Source: Wenzhouxiangellaceae bacterium
Lineage (GTDB): Bacteria; Pseudomonadota; Gammaproteobacteria; Xanthomonadales; Wenzhouxiangellaceae
Assembly: GCA_965222675.1 (NCBI GenBank)
Contig: OZ244963.1
Location: forward strand, 990,617 to 1,054,616
Length of the DNA: 64,000 nt
Direction: 5' to 3'
Of the stretch, positions 1-7,920 are shown in pieces. Position 1 is the stretch's first letter; every line of letters begins with the position of its first letter. The notes beneath the pieces were generated by a model, which saw only the letters and a program-made list of their open reading frames with translations, searched no databases and was not told the origin of the DNA. A program made the translations under genes and the position numbers.

Positions 1-418
1 GGAACAGCGCCAGCGCCATCGGGTAGACCGAGAAGGCGACGACGAACAGGCTGACCCCGCCATAGGTGAGCACGGCGCAGGCCAGCACGACGGCCAGGGC
101 GGCGCGCGCGCTGCCGAGCCGGGCGACGATCCAGTGGGCCACGCTCTCGGCGCCGCCGGACGACTCCATCAATTTGCCGAACAGCGAGCCGAGCAGGAAG
201 ATGAAGAACCAGGCCGCGATGAAACCGGTGAAGCCGCTCATGTACTGACCGACCAGGTTGACGCCGTCGTCGGCGGCCAGCGGCGGAAGCAGCGCGATGC
301 CGCTGGTCAGCGCGACCAGCAGCGCGCACAGCGGGGTGGCCACGAACAGGCTCATCCCGCGCATGGTCAGCACGATCAGCAGGGCGAGGCCACCAAGCAG
401 CCCGATCAGACTCAACAT
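1..418 (-). CDS. GntP-family permease (gluconate/organic anion:H+ symporter type), N-terminal part; gene continues past the window start
   Basis: Hand translation of the minus strand from the ATG (complement of 416-418) gives MLSLIGLLGGLALLIVLTMRGMSLFVATPLCALLVALTSG...YMSGFTGFIAAWFFIFLLGSLFGKLMESSGGAESVAHWIVARLG. The TM pattern and the LGxxFGKxMxxSGGA block resemble GntP/GntT permeases. It is absent from the ORF track because it is open at the window edge. Confidence 0.55.
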   Translation of the reverse strand, partial: MLSLIGLLGGLALLIVLTMRGMSLFVATPLCALLVALTSGIALLPPLAADDGVNLVGQYMSGFTGFIAAWFFIFLLGSLFGKLMESSGGAESVAHWIVARLGSARAALAVVLACAVLTYGGVSLFVVAFSVYPMALALF

Positions 419-487
419 GAGACGTGTCCGTTGCGATTGCGTTTCTTGACAGGGCCTCATGGTGAGGCGGCAGCGCAACGCCGAACA

Positions 488-557
488 CTGTACCAAGGTC
501 CAACGGGGCGACGCCGCGCCGGCAGGAGGGCTGGGGACGCCCCTGTACCTTGGTCCA
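488..557. promoter_or_regulatory. Pair of near-identical 15-bp dyad-like sites in a divergent intergenic region (candidate operator sites)
   Basis: ctgtaccaaggtcca (488-502) and ctgtaccttggtcca (543-557). Each is an imperfect palindrome around ACC(AA/TT)GGT. They lie between the divergent GntP-like gene (start 418) and the TonB-dependent receptor (start 671). Confidence 0.3.
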
Positions 558-670
558 ATTCTCATCGCTGTCCGCGTTCGTAGACTGCGGGGTATCGGTG
601 CCGGACCGCGTTCGCTAGAGCGGCCGTCGCTCGCCATCCCACGACAAGAACACCGAACCCGAGGTCGACA

Positions 671-3097
671 ATGAAAGCTGCCGTTTCCACGCAATCCGAC
701 GAAACGAACCGCGTCCGCACCCTGGACCGCGCGATCCGCCTGGCGCTGGTCACCGGACTGAGCCTGGGCCTGGGCCTGGCCCACGCCCAGGACGATGCCG
801 GCGACGAGGAAGGCACGTCGACCGAGGACGTCGCCGATCTCGGCGCGGTCGAGGTCACCGCTCGGCGGCGGCAGGAAACGCTGCGCGACGTACCGATCTC
901 GGTCACCGCGATTAGCGGCGAAGACCTCGAGGACCGGGGCGCCCAGGACATCACCTACCTCAATCAGGTGGTGCCGAACGCGACGATCGAGATTTCGCGC
1001 GGAACCAGCAACACCCTGTCGACCTTCATCCGCGGCGTCGGCCAGCAGGACCCGGTCGCCGGCTTCGAGGCCGGGGTCGGCATCTACCTCGACGACGTGT
1101 ACCTGAACCGGCCGCAGGGCGTGGTGCTCGACATCTACGACGTGCAGCGGGTCGAGGTCCTGCGCGGACCGCAGGGGACGCTGTACGGTCGCAACACGAT
1201 CGGCGGTGCGATCAAGTACGTGACCCGCAGGCTCGGACGCCAGCCCGCCGGCAGCCTCGAGGCCTCGATCGGCAGCTTCTCGCAGACCGACCTGATCGCT
1301 TCCGGCGAAATGCCGATCGGCGACACCTTTGCCGTCGGCGCGTCGATCGCGTCGTTCAACCGCGACGGCTTCGGCGAGAACCTGACCACCGGCAAGGACA
1401 ACTACGACAAGGACCTGCTGGCCCTTCGTGCCAGCGCGGAATGGACCCCGACGCACAACCTTTTCGTCCGCCTGGCCGGTGACTGGAGCGAGGACGACTC
1501 CAGCCCGGTCGGCGGCCATCGCCTGATTCCCGGCCTGTTCTCGGGCGCACCGGTGCTCGACGACGTCTACGATTCCCGCGGCGGGATCGCAGGTCGCCAC
1601 GAGGCCGAGCAGAAGGGCGCGGCGCTGACGGTCGAGTACGACATCAACCCGAACTGGCTGTTCAAGAGCATCACCGCGTATCGCGAAGACGACAACTGGC
1701 AGCAGATCGACTTCGATGCACTGCCTGCCGCCGACGTGGACGTTCCCGTGAACTACTCCAACGAGCAGTTCAGCCAGGAGTTCCAGCTGCTGTTCACCGC
1801 CGACCGGGTCAGCGGCGTGGCCGGCTTCTACTACCTCGACGCCAACGCCTTCAACGCCTTCGATGTGCTGCTGGCCGAAACCGGCGAGCTGATCGACCTG
1901 CCGGGCCTGAACGCATTCACGCTGGGCGACGTCGATACGTCCTCGTGGTCCGTGTTCGCCGACGTCAGCATCGACCTGGCGGACTACTTCGGCCTGGCCA
2001 CGGGACTGGAACTGTCGCTCGGCGGCCGCTACACCAGCGATGAGCGCGACTCGCGGGTGCTGCGGCAGACCTTCGTCGGCGGCAACTCGCCGCGCTTTGG
2101 CGGCATGGGCGTTCCGATCGCAACGACTTCGGATTTCCGCGGCGACGAGGAATTCACCGAGTTCACGCCGCGCGTCAGCCTTGCCTGGCAGCCGAACGAG
2201 TTCCACAACCTGTACGCGAGCTACAGCCAGGGCTTCAAGGGCGGCGGCTTCGACCCGCGCGGTCTGACCACCGCCGCACCTGACTTCGACGGCGACGGCA
2301 CCGTGTCCGAGGCCGAAGTGTTCGAGTTCCTGAAGTTCGAGCCGGAAATCGTCGATACCTACGAGATCGGCATCAAGTCCAGCCTGTTCGATCGCCGCGT
2401 TTCGACCAGCCTGGCCGTGTTCCACAGCGACTACACGGACATCCAGGTGCCCGGATCGATCGGCGTCGACACCGACGGCGACGGCCTGTCCGATACCTTC
2501 GCCGGCGTCACCACCAACGCCGGCGAAGCGACCGTGCAGGGCGTCGAGTTCGAGGGAACCGCGCTGCTGGCGCGAAACCTGATGGCCGATGGTGATTCCT
2601 TCACCGCGCGCACCGCGATCGGCTACATCGACGCCGAGTACGACGAGTTCATCGCTTTGGTCACCGACCCGGCAACCGGTTCCCAGGCCCTGCAGGACGT
2701 GTCCGACCAGCGCGAGTTCCAGAACACGCCGGACTGGACCGCCCACCTGGGCCTGCAGTACGACCGCCCGGTCAACTGGTTCAACGTCGCCGGCAGCTTC
2801 TCGGTGCTTGGCGGCTGGTCGTACCGCGGCGAGACCAACCAGTTCGAGAACCCGTCGGAGTTCCTCGACCAGGATTCGTACTCGCTCTACGACCTGAGCC
2901 TGGTCTGGAAGCGCCTGGACGGCAAGTACGAGATCGGTCTCTACGGCCGCAACCTGGCCGACGAGGAATACAAGACCTCCGGCTACCTGTTCGCGACGCC
3001 GGACGGCAGCACGTCGACGCTCGGCCTGGAAGGCATCGCCAATGCCTTCTACGGTCCGCCGCGCACGATCACGCTGACCGGCCGAGTGAACTTCTGA
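671..3097 (+). CDS. TonB-dependent outer-membrane receptor
   Basis: 808-aa ORF with a signal-like N-terminus and plug-region motifs DVPISVTAISGEDL and RVEVLRGPQGTLYGRNTIGGAI. The long body is beta-barrel-like and the C-terminal residue is aromatic (..TGRVNF). A hairpin+T9 terminator follows. Confidence 0.9.
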   Translation: MKAAVSTQSDETNRVRTLDRAIRLALVTGLSLGLGLAHAQDDAGDEEGTSTEDVADLGAVEVTARRRQETLRDVPISVTAISGEDLEDRGAQDITYLNQVVPNATIEISRGTSNTLSTFIRGVGQQDPVAGFEAGVGIYLDDVYLNRPQGVVLDIYDVQRVEVLRGPQGTLYGRNTIGGAIKYVTRRLGRQPAGSLEASIGSFSQTDLIASGEMPIGDTFAVGASIASFNRDGFGENLTTGKDNYDKDLLALRASAEWTPTHNLFVRLAGDWSEDDSSPVGGHRLIPGLFSGAPVLDDVYDSRGGIAGRHEAEQKGAALTVEYDINPNWLFKSITAYREDDNWQQIDFDALPAADVDVPVNYSNEQFSQEFQLLFTADRVSGVAGFYYLDANAFNAFDVLLAETGELIDLPGLNAFTLGDVDTSSWSVFADVSIDLADYFGLATGLELSLGGRYTSDERDSRVLRQTFVGGNSPRFGGMGVPIATTSDFRGDEEFTEFTPRVSLAWQPNEFHNLYASYSQGFKGGGFDPRGLTTAAPDFDGDGTVSEAEVFEFLKFEPEIVDTYEIGIKSSLFDRRVSTSLAVFHSDYTDIQVPGSIGVDTDGDGLSDTFAGVTTNAGEATVQGVEFEGTALLARNLMADGDSFTARTAIGYIDAEYDEFIALVTDPATGSQALQDVSDQREFQNTPDWTAHLGLQYDRPVNWFNVAGSFSVLGGWSYRGETNQFENPSEFLDQDSYSLYDLSLVWKRLDGKYEIGLYGRNLADEEYKTSGYLFATPDGSTSTLGLEGIANAFYGPPRTITLTGRVNF

Positions 3098-3175
3098 CGC
3101 GCGGATCGATTCCCTGCGGATCGATTCCCACACCGCGCGTCGGGATCAGCAAGACTCCCATTGCCAAGACCCGAT

Positions 3176-3205
3176 CGGGCCGGCCCAGCCGGCCCGTTTT
3201 TTTTT
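3176..3205 (+). terminator. Rho-independent terminator
   Basis: cgggccgg / ccggcccg 8-bp GC stem (3176-3183, 3189-3196) with a 5-nt loop, followed by nine T (3197-3205). It lies downstream of the receptor gene. Confidence 0.8.
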
Positions 3206-3285
3206 CATCTCCGGCGCTGTGGCCGTAGGGCCCAAACGCGCTAGGCTAGCCGCATGATCGATCCCCGCCCTCCGATCTTTGCCCG

Positions 3286-6200
3286 ATGAACGAGCTGTCC
3301 GGCGGATTGCTGGCGCTGGCCGGGGTCACGTGGCTGGGCCTGCTGTTCGCGGTCGCCCTGCTCGGCGAGCGGCGTCCGGCCGGATCGCGCGCCTGGTGGC
3401 CGGTGGTCTATTCGCTGTCGCTGGCGGTCTACTGCACCGCGTGGACGTTCTACGGGGTGACCACCCAGACCGTGCGCTCCGGCTGGCCGATCCCGCCCAC
3501 CTTCGTCGGCACCATCGTGCTGTTCGCGTTCGGCGGACCGTTCCTGGTCCGGCTGGTGCGACTGAGCAAGCAGCACAACACCACCAGCATCGCCGACTTC
3601 ATCGCCAGCCGCTTCGGCAAGTCCTCGGCGCTGGCCGCAGTGGTCACGGCGGTCGCCGTGCTCGGCATGGTTCCGTACATCGCCCTCCAGCTGAAGGCGG
3701 TGGCAATGAGTTTCGGGACCGTGACCGGGATGTCGGAGGCGGGTGCAGGGCGCGCCGCGTGGCAGGATCTCGCGTTCTACGTCGCCGTGATCATGGCGTT
3801 GTTCGCGGTGCTGTTCGGTACGCGACGCGCGGTCGCCACCGGGCACAACCGCGGCCTGGTGCTGGCGATGGGCTTCGAGAGCCTGTTCAAGCTGGCGGCG
3901 ATGCTGGCGCTGGGCGCGTTCGTGGTGTTCGGGTTGTTCGGAGGACCGCTGGACCTGGCCGCTCGTACGCCGGAGCTGCCGTTTCGCGAGCCGGCGTCGT
4001 TCCTGACCCTGACCCTGCTCGGCGCACTGGCGATGTTCACCCTGCCGCACCAGTTCCACATCGGCGTGGTCGAGTGCCGCGACGAGCAGCATGTACGGAC
4101 CGCCCGCTGGCTGTTCCCCGTGTTCCTGCTGCTGATCGCACTGCCGGTGCTGCCGCTGGCCCGCGCCGGCGTGGCCCTGCTTGGCGACGCGGGGGTCGCG
4201 CCGGACCTCTACGTGCTGATGTTGCCGCTGGCCCACGAGCAGTCCGCGCTGGCGCTGTTCGCGTTCCTGGGCGGCCTGAGCGCCGCGACCGGGATGGTCA
4301 TCCTGGCCAGCCTCACCCTCTCGATCATGCTCGGCAACCACTGGATCACTCCGCTGTTGCTCAAGCGGCCGGGCGCGTCGGGCCGCGAGCTGCTGATCCC
4401 GGTGCGCATCCAGCGTCGGGTCGGCATCGTCGCGGTGCTGATGCTGGCCTACGTCTACAGCCGCCTGAGCGGATCGGCCGAAGCGCTGGCCGACATCGGG
4501 GCGCTGTCGTTCTCCGGGCTGGCGCAGCTCGCGCCGGCCGTGGTGCTGGCGGTCTATCGCCCGGGCCTGCCGGCGCGTTCGATCCTGGCCGGCCTGCTCG
4601 GCGGCGTGGCGGTCTGGGCGTACGTGCTGCTCTGGCCGCTGGCCGGCCCCGGCGACCCGGGCGCCGCCTGGCCGGCGTGGCTGGCACCGTCGGGCCTGTT
4701 CGGGCTGGCCGGTCTCGACGCGTTGCCTCGGGCCGTGCTCGCCAGCCTGCTCGTGAACCTGGCGATCGTGGCGGCAACGGCGCGGCGCTGGTCGCCGATC
4801 GGCCCCTCGAACGACGAGGATGTGCCGCTGCCGGACGCGGTGCTGGACGGGCTGGCCGAGCGCTTCCTGTCGCCCGAGCGTCGGCGCCTGCTCCAGGTCC
4901 TCGGCAGCGGGTCGATCGAGCGCGAGCGCGCCATCGAACACGAGCTGGCCGCGGTGGTCGGCGCGGCGTCCGCTCGCCTGCTGCTCGACGCCGCGCGACG
5001 CCGGACGCCGGCCCCGCTGGATACGGTAGCCGAACTGGTCGGCCAGGCCGCCGAGCAGGCGCAGTTCAGCCAGGCGGTACTGTCCGGCGCGCTGGAGAAC
5101 ATGAGCCAGGGCATCTGCGTGGTCGACGCGGACCTTCGCCTGGTGGCCTGGAACCGGCCCTATCTCGAGCTGTTCGACTATCCGCCGGAGCTGATCCGGG
5201 TCGGCCGGCCGGTGGCCGACCTGCTGCGCCACAACGCGCGCCACGGTCTGGTCGCGACCGACGACCTCGAAGCGGCCATCGAGCGTCGTCTCGCCCACAA
5301 GCGCGCCGGCACGGCACATCGGATCGAGCGGTCCTGGCCCGACGGCCGGATCATCGAGATCCGGGGCAACCCGATGCCGGGCGGGGGATTCGTTGCGACC
5401 TTTGCCGACGTAACGGCGTTCCGGCGCGCCGAAGGCGAACTGAAGCGGATCAACGAGACGCTGGAGCAGCGCGTCGCCGCCCGCACCGCCGAACTGCGCC
5501 AGGCGATGGTCCAGGCAGAAAAGGCGAACGCGGCCAAGAGCCGCTTCCTCGCCGCAGTCAGCCACGATCTCGTCCAGCCGCTCAACGCCGCCCAGCTGAT
5601 GACCCATTCGCTGTCGGCCCGGCTGGACTCTGATGTCTCGCGCCGGGTGCTCAAGCAGATCAGCGGGGCGCTGGGCGCGACGGAGGACCTGCTTGCGGCA
5701 TTGCTCGATATCTCCCGCCTCGACGCCGGTGGGCTGGAGCCGAGGCGGTCGCGTTTCGCGCTCGACGAGTTGTTCGAGCAACTGGCCGGCGAGTTCCGGG
5801 TGCTGGCCGAGGCGCGGGGGCTGGAACTCCGGTGGCGCCGTTCGGGGCGCTTCGTCGAAACCGATCCGCAGCTGCTGCGTCGTATCCTGCAGAATTTCCT
5901 GTCCAACGCGGTCCGCTACACGCGCCGCGGCGGGATCCTCCTGGCCGCCCGTCGCCGCGGCGATGCCGTGCTGGCCGGCGTCTGGGATACGGGGCCGGGC
6001 ATTCCCGAGGCGGCCCGGGTCGAGGTGTTCGAGGAGTTTCGCCGGCTGGATCCGGACGACGCGGCGCCGGGCCTGGGCCTGGGCCTGGCGATCTCGGATC
6101 GGATGTCGCGCCTGCTCGGGCACCGCCTGGTGCTGGAGAGCCGGGAAGGGCGCGGCACGCTGTTCGGCGTCGTGCTTCCGGTGGCACCTGCCGAAGCGAC

Positions 6201-6633
6201 GGGCCGGATCGACACGACGTTGCAGGCCGGCGCCGATCCGGCGCCCTCGCGCGTGCTGCTGGTCGACAACGAGCCGACCATGCTGGCTTCGCTGGAAGCC
6301 CTGATGAGCGACTGGGGCCTGGACACGGTGGCCCGCGGCAGCCACGACGAGGCCCTGGCCGCCGCGCGCGACCTGGGTCCCTTCGACCTGCTGGTTTTCG
6401 ACTACCATCTCGATCGCGGGCGAACGGGCATGGACGTGCTGCAGGCCCTGCGCGCCACGGGCGTCTCGGCGCCTGCGGTGCTGATCAGCGCCGACCATGC
6501 AGCGGCCGTTCGCCGCGCGGCGCGCGCGGCAGGCTGCGCGCTGCTGCACAAGCCGATTCGTCCGCTGGCGCTGAAGAGCCTGCTTCGTCATCTCCGGGCC
6601 GGGGCCGGCCGCAGCCGCAACGATCCATCCTGA
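3286..6633 (+). CDS. Hybrid sensor histidine kinase with N-terminal sodium:solute-symporter-like membrane domain, PAS, HisKA/HATPase and C-terminal receiver
   Basis: 1115-aa ORF. The first ~480 aa are multi-TM and SSS/PutP-like. Then come a PAS-like segment (NMSQGICVVDADLRLVAWN), an H-box (AVSHDLVQPLN), an ATPase G-boxes region (WDTGPGIP, GLGLGLAI) and a receiver (RVLLVDNEPTML...DLLVFDYHLD...LHKPI). Confidence 0.85.
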   Translation: MNELSGGLLALAGVTWLGLLFAVALLGERRPAGSRAWWPVVYSLSLAVYCTAWTFYGVTTQTVRSGWPIPPTFVGTIVLFAFGGPFLVRLVRLSKQHNTTSIADFIASRFGKSSALAAVVTAVAVLGMVPYIALQLKAVAMSFGTVTGMSEAGAGRAAWQDLAFYVAVIMALFAVLFGTRRAVATGHNRGLVLAMGFESLFKLAAMLALGAFVVFGLFGGPLDLAARTPELPFREPASFLTLTLLGALAMFTLPHQFHIGVVECRDEQHVRTARWLFPVFLLLIALPVLPLARAGVALLGDAGVAPDLYVLMLPLAHEQSALALFAFLGGLSAATGMVILASLTLSIMLGNHWITPLLLKRPGASGRELLIPVRIQRRVGIVAVLMLAYVYSRLSGSAEALADIGALSFSGLAQLAPAVVLAVYRPGLPARSILAGLLGGVAVWAYVLLWPLAGPGDPGAAWPAWLAPSGLFGLAGLDALPRAVLASLLVNLAIVAATARRWSPIGPSNDEDVPLPDAVLDGLAERFLSPERRRLLQVLGSGSIERERAIEHELAAVVGAASARLLLDAARRRTPAPLDTVAELVGQAAEQAQFSQAVLSGALENMSQGICVVDADLRLVAWNRPYLELFDYPPELIRVGRPVADLLRHNARHGLVATDDLEAAIERRLAHKRAGTAHRIERSWPDGRIIEIRGNPMPGGGFVATFADVTAFRRAEGELKRINETLEQRVAARTAELRQAMVQAEKANAAKSRFLAAVSHDLVQPLNAAQLMTHSLSARLDSDVSRRVLKQISGALGATEDLLAALLDISRLDAGGLEPRRSRFALDELFEQLAGEFRVLAEARGLELRWRRSGRFVETDPQLLRRILQNFLSNAVRYTRRGGILLAARRRGDAVLAGVWDTGPGIPEAARVEVFEEFRRLDPDDAAPGLGLGLAISDRMSRLLGHRLVLESREGRGTLFGVVLPVAPAEATGRIDTTLQAGADPAPSRVLLVDNEPTMLASLEALMSDWGLDTVARGSHDEALAAARDLGPFDLLVFDYHLDRGRTGMDVLQALRATGVSAPAVLISADHAAAVRRAARAAGCALLHKPIRPLALKSLLRHLRAGAGRSRNDPS

Positions 6634-6675
6634 GTCGGCTACCCTGACGGGACGATCTCACCGAGTTTCCGAACA

Positions 6676-7809
6676 ATGGCCAGACTGACCGTTTCAAGCC
6701 GGTTCGACAGCGGCAACATCGACGTGGTGGCGGCGGACGAGCCGAGCGATATCCGCCTGCGCATCCGCCGCGACGTCGGCGACCGCCACGCCCAGTGGTT
6801 CCACTTCCAGCTGTGCAACGCGCGGGACCGTGCGTGTCGGATGACGATCGAGAACGCCGGCGAGATGTCCTATCCGTCCGGCTTCGAGGACTACCGGGCG
6901 GTGGCGTCCGTCGACGGCGAGACCTGGTTCCGGGTGCCGACCTCCTTCGACGGCACGCACCTGGTGATCGAGCACACGCCCGATGCGGACCAGGTGTCCT
7001 ATGCCTACTTCGCGCCGTACAGCTTCGAGCGCCACCAGTGGCTGGTCGCAACGGCGAGCGACGCACCGAACGTTCGCAGCGAGGTGCTCTGCGCAACCCC
7101 CGACGGCCGGCCGCTGACCCTGCTGACCGTCGGCGAACCCGGGGAGGACAGGGTCCCGGTCTGGATCACCGCGCGCCAGCATCCGGGCGAGACCATGGCC
7201 GAGTGGTGGATCGAGGGCTTCCTCGAGCGCCTGCTCGATCCCGAGGACGGTGCATCGCGCGCGCTGCTCGAGCGGGCGGTGATCTACGTGGTGCCGAACA
7301 TGAACCCGGACGGCAGCGTTCGCGGACACCTGCGCGTCAACGCATGCGGCGTGAACCTGAACCGCGCCTGGCGCGATCCGGACGAGACCGAATCGCCGGA
7401 GGTCTTCCACGTGCGCGCCAGGATGCACGAGACCGGAGTCGCCTTCGCCCTCGACGTCCACGGCGACGAGGGCCTGCCCTACAACTTCATCGCCGGCGGC
7501 GAAGGCGTGCCGCGCTGGGATGATGCAATGCAGTCCGACCTCGATGCGTTCAAGACGCTTCTGGCCGATCTGTCGCCGGACTTCCAGGTCGAGCACGGCT
7601 ACGACGTCGACCCGCCGGGCAGCGCGGACCTGCGCAAGTGCACCGACTACATCGCCGAGACCTTCGGTTGTCTGGCCATGACCCTGGAAATGCCGTTCAA
7701 GGACGCGGCCAACCACCCGATGCCCGAGATCGGCTGGTCGCCGGGCCGCTCGGCCAAGTTGGGTGCGATCTTCGTGGATGCGATCCGGATGACGCTGGCG
7801 CGGAGTTGA
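6676..7809 (+). CDS. M14-family zinc carboxypeptidase-like protein (cytosolic carboxypeptidase type)
   Basis: 377-aa ORF. N-terminal SRFDSGNI domain, zinc-ligand motif ARQHPGET, VPNMNPDG, and a later LDVHGDE motif. Confidence 0.75.
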   Translation: MARLTVSSRFDSGNIDVVAADEPSDIRLRIRRDVGDRHAQWFHFQLCNARDRACRMTIENAGEMSYPSGFEDYRAVASVDGETWFRVPTSFDGTHLVIEHTPDADQVSYAYFAPYSFERHQWLVATASDAPNVRSEVLCATPDGRPLTLLTVGEPGEDRVPVWITARQHPGETMAEWWIEGFLERLLDPEDGASRALLERAVIYVVPNMNPDGSVRGHLRVNACGVNLNRAWRDPDETESPEVFHVRARMHETGVAFALDVHGDEGLPYNFIAGGEGVPRWDDAMQSDLDAFKTLLADLSPDFQVEHGYDVDPPGSADLRKCTDYIAETFGCLAMTLEMPFKDAANHPMPEIGWSPGRSAKLGAIFVDAIRMTLARS

Positions 7810-7920
7810 GCCGGCGACCGGCGGGTCGGTACGCGGGCCAGGCATTGTCCGCTCGCTGGCGGGCAGGTTGTTCTTCTGCGCATCTGCCGCGCGGGTTGCG
7901 GGTTACGGGTCGGAGTTGTT

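Noticed and set aside
420-670. Riboswitch (for example cobalamin) in the leaders of the TonB-dependent receptor genes (also 50782-51186)
   Set aside because: I could not find the conserved B12-box or other riboswitch core sequences by eye. Only short dyads and palindromes were seen, and these are reported separately. An Rfam scan would be needed to exclude it fully.
3241-6591. 1116-aa ORF antisense to the hybrid kinase gene
   Set aside because: It has extreme Arg/Ala/Gly/Pro/Gln composition and no recognisable motifs, and it fully overlaps a well-supported gene on the other strand. This is a typical high-GC antisense artefact.
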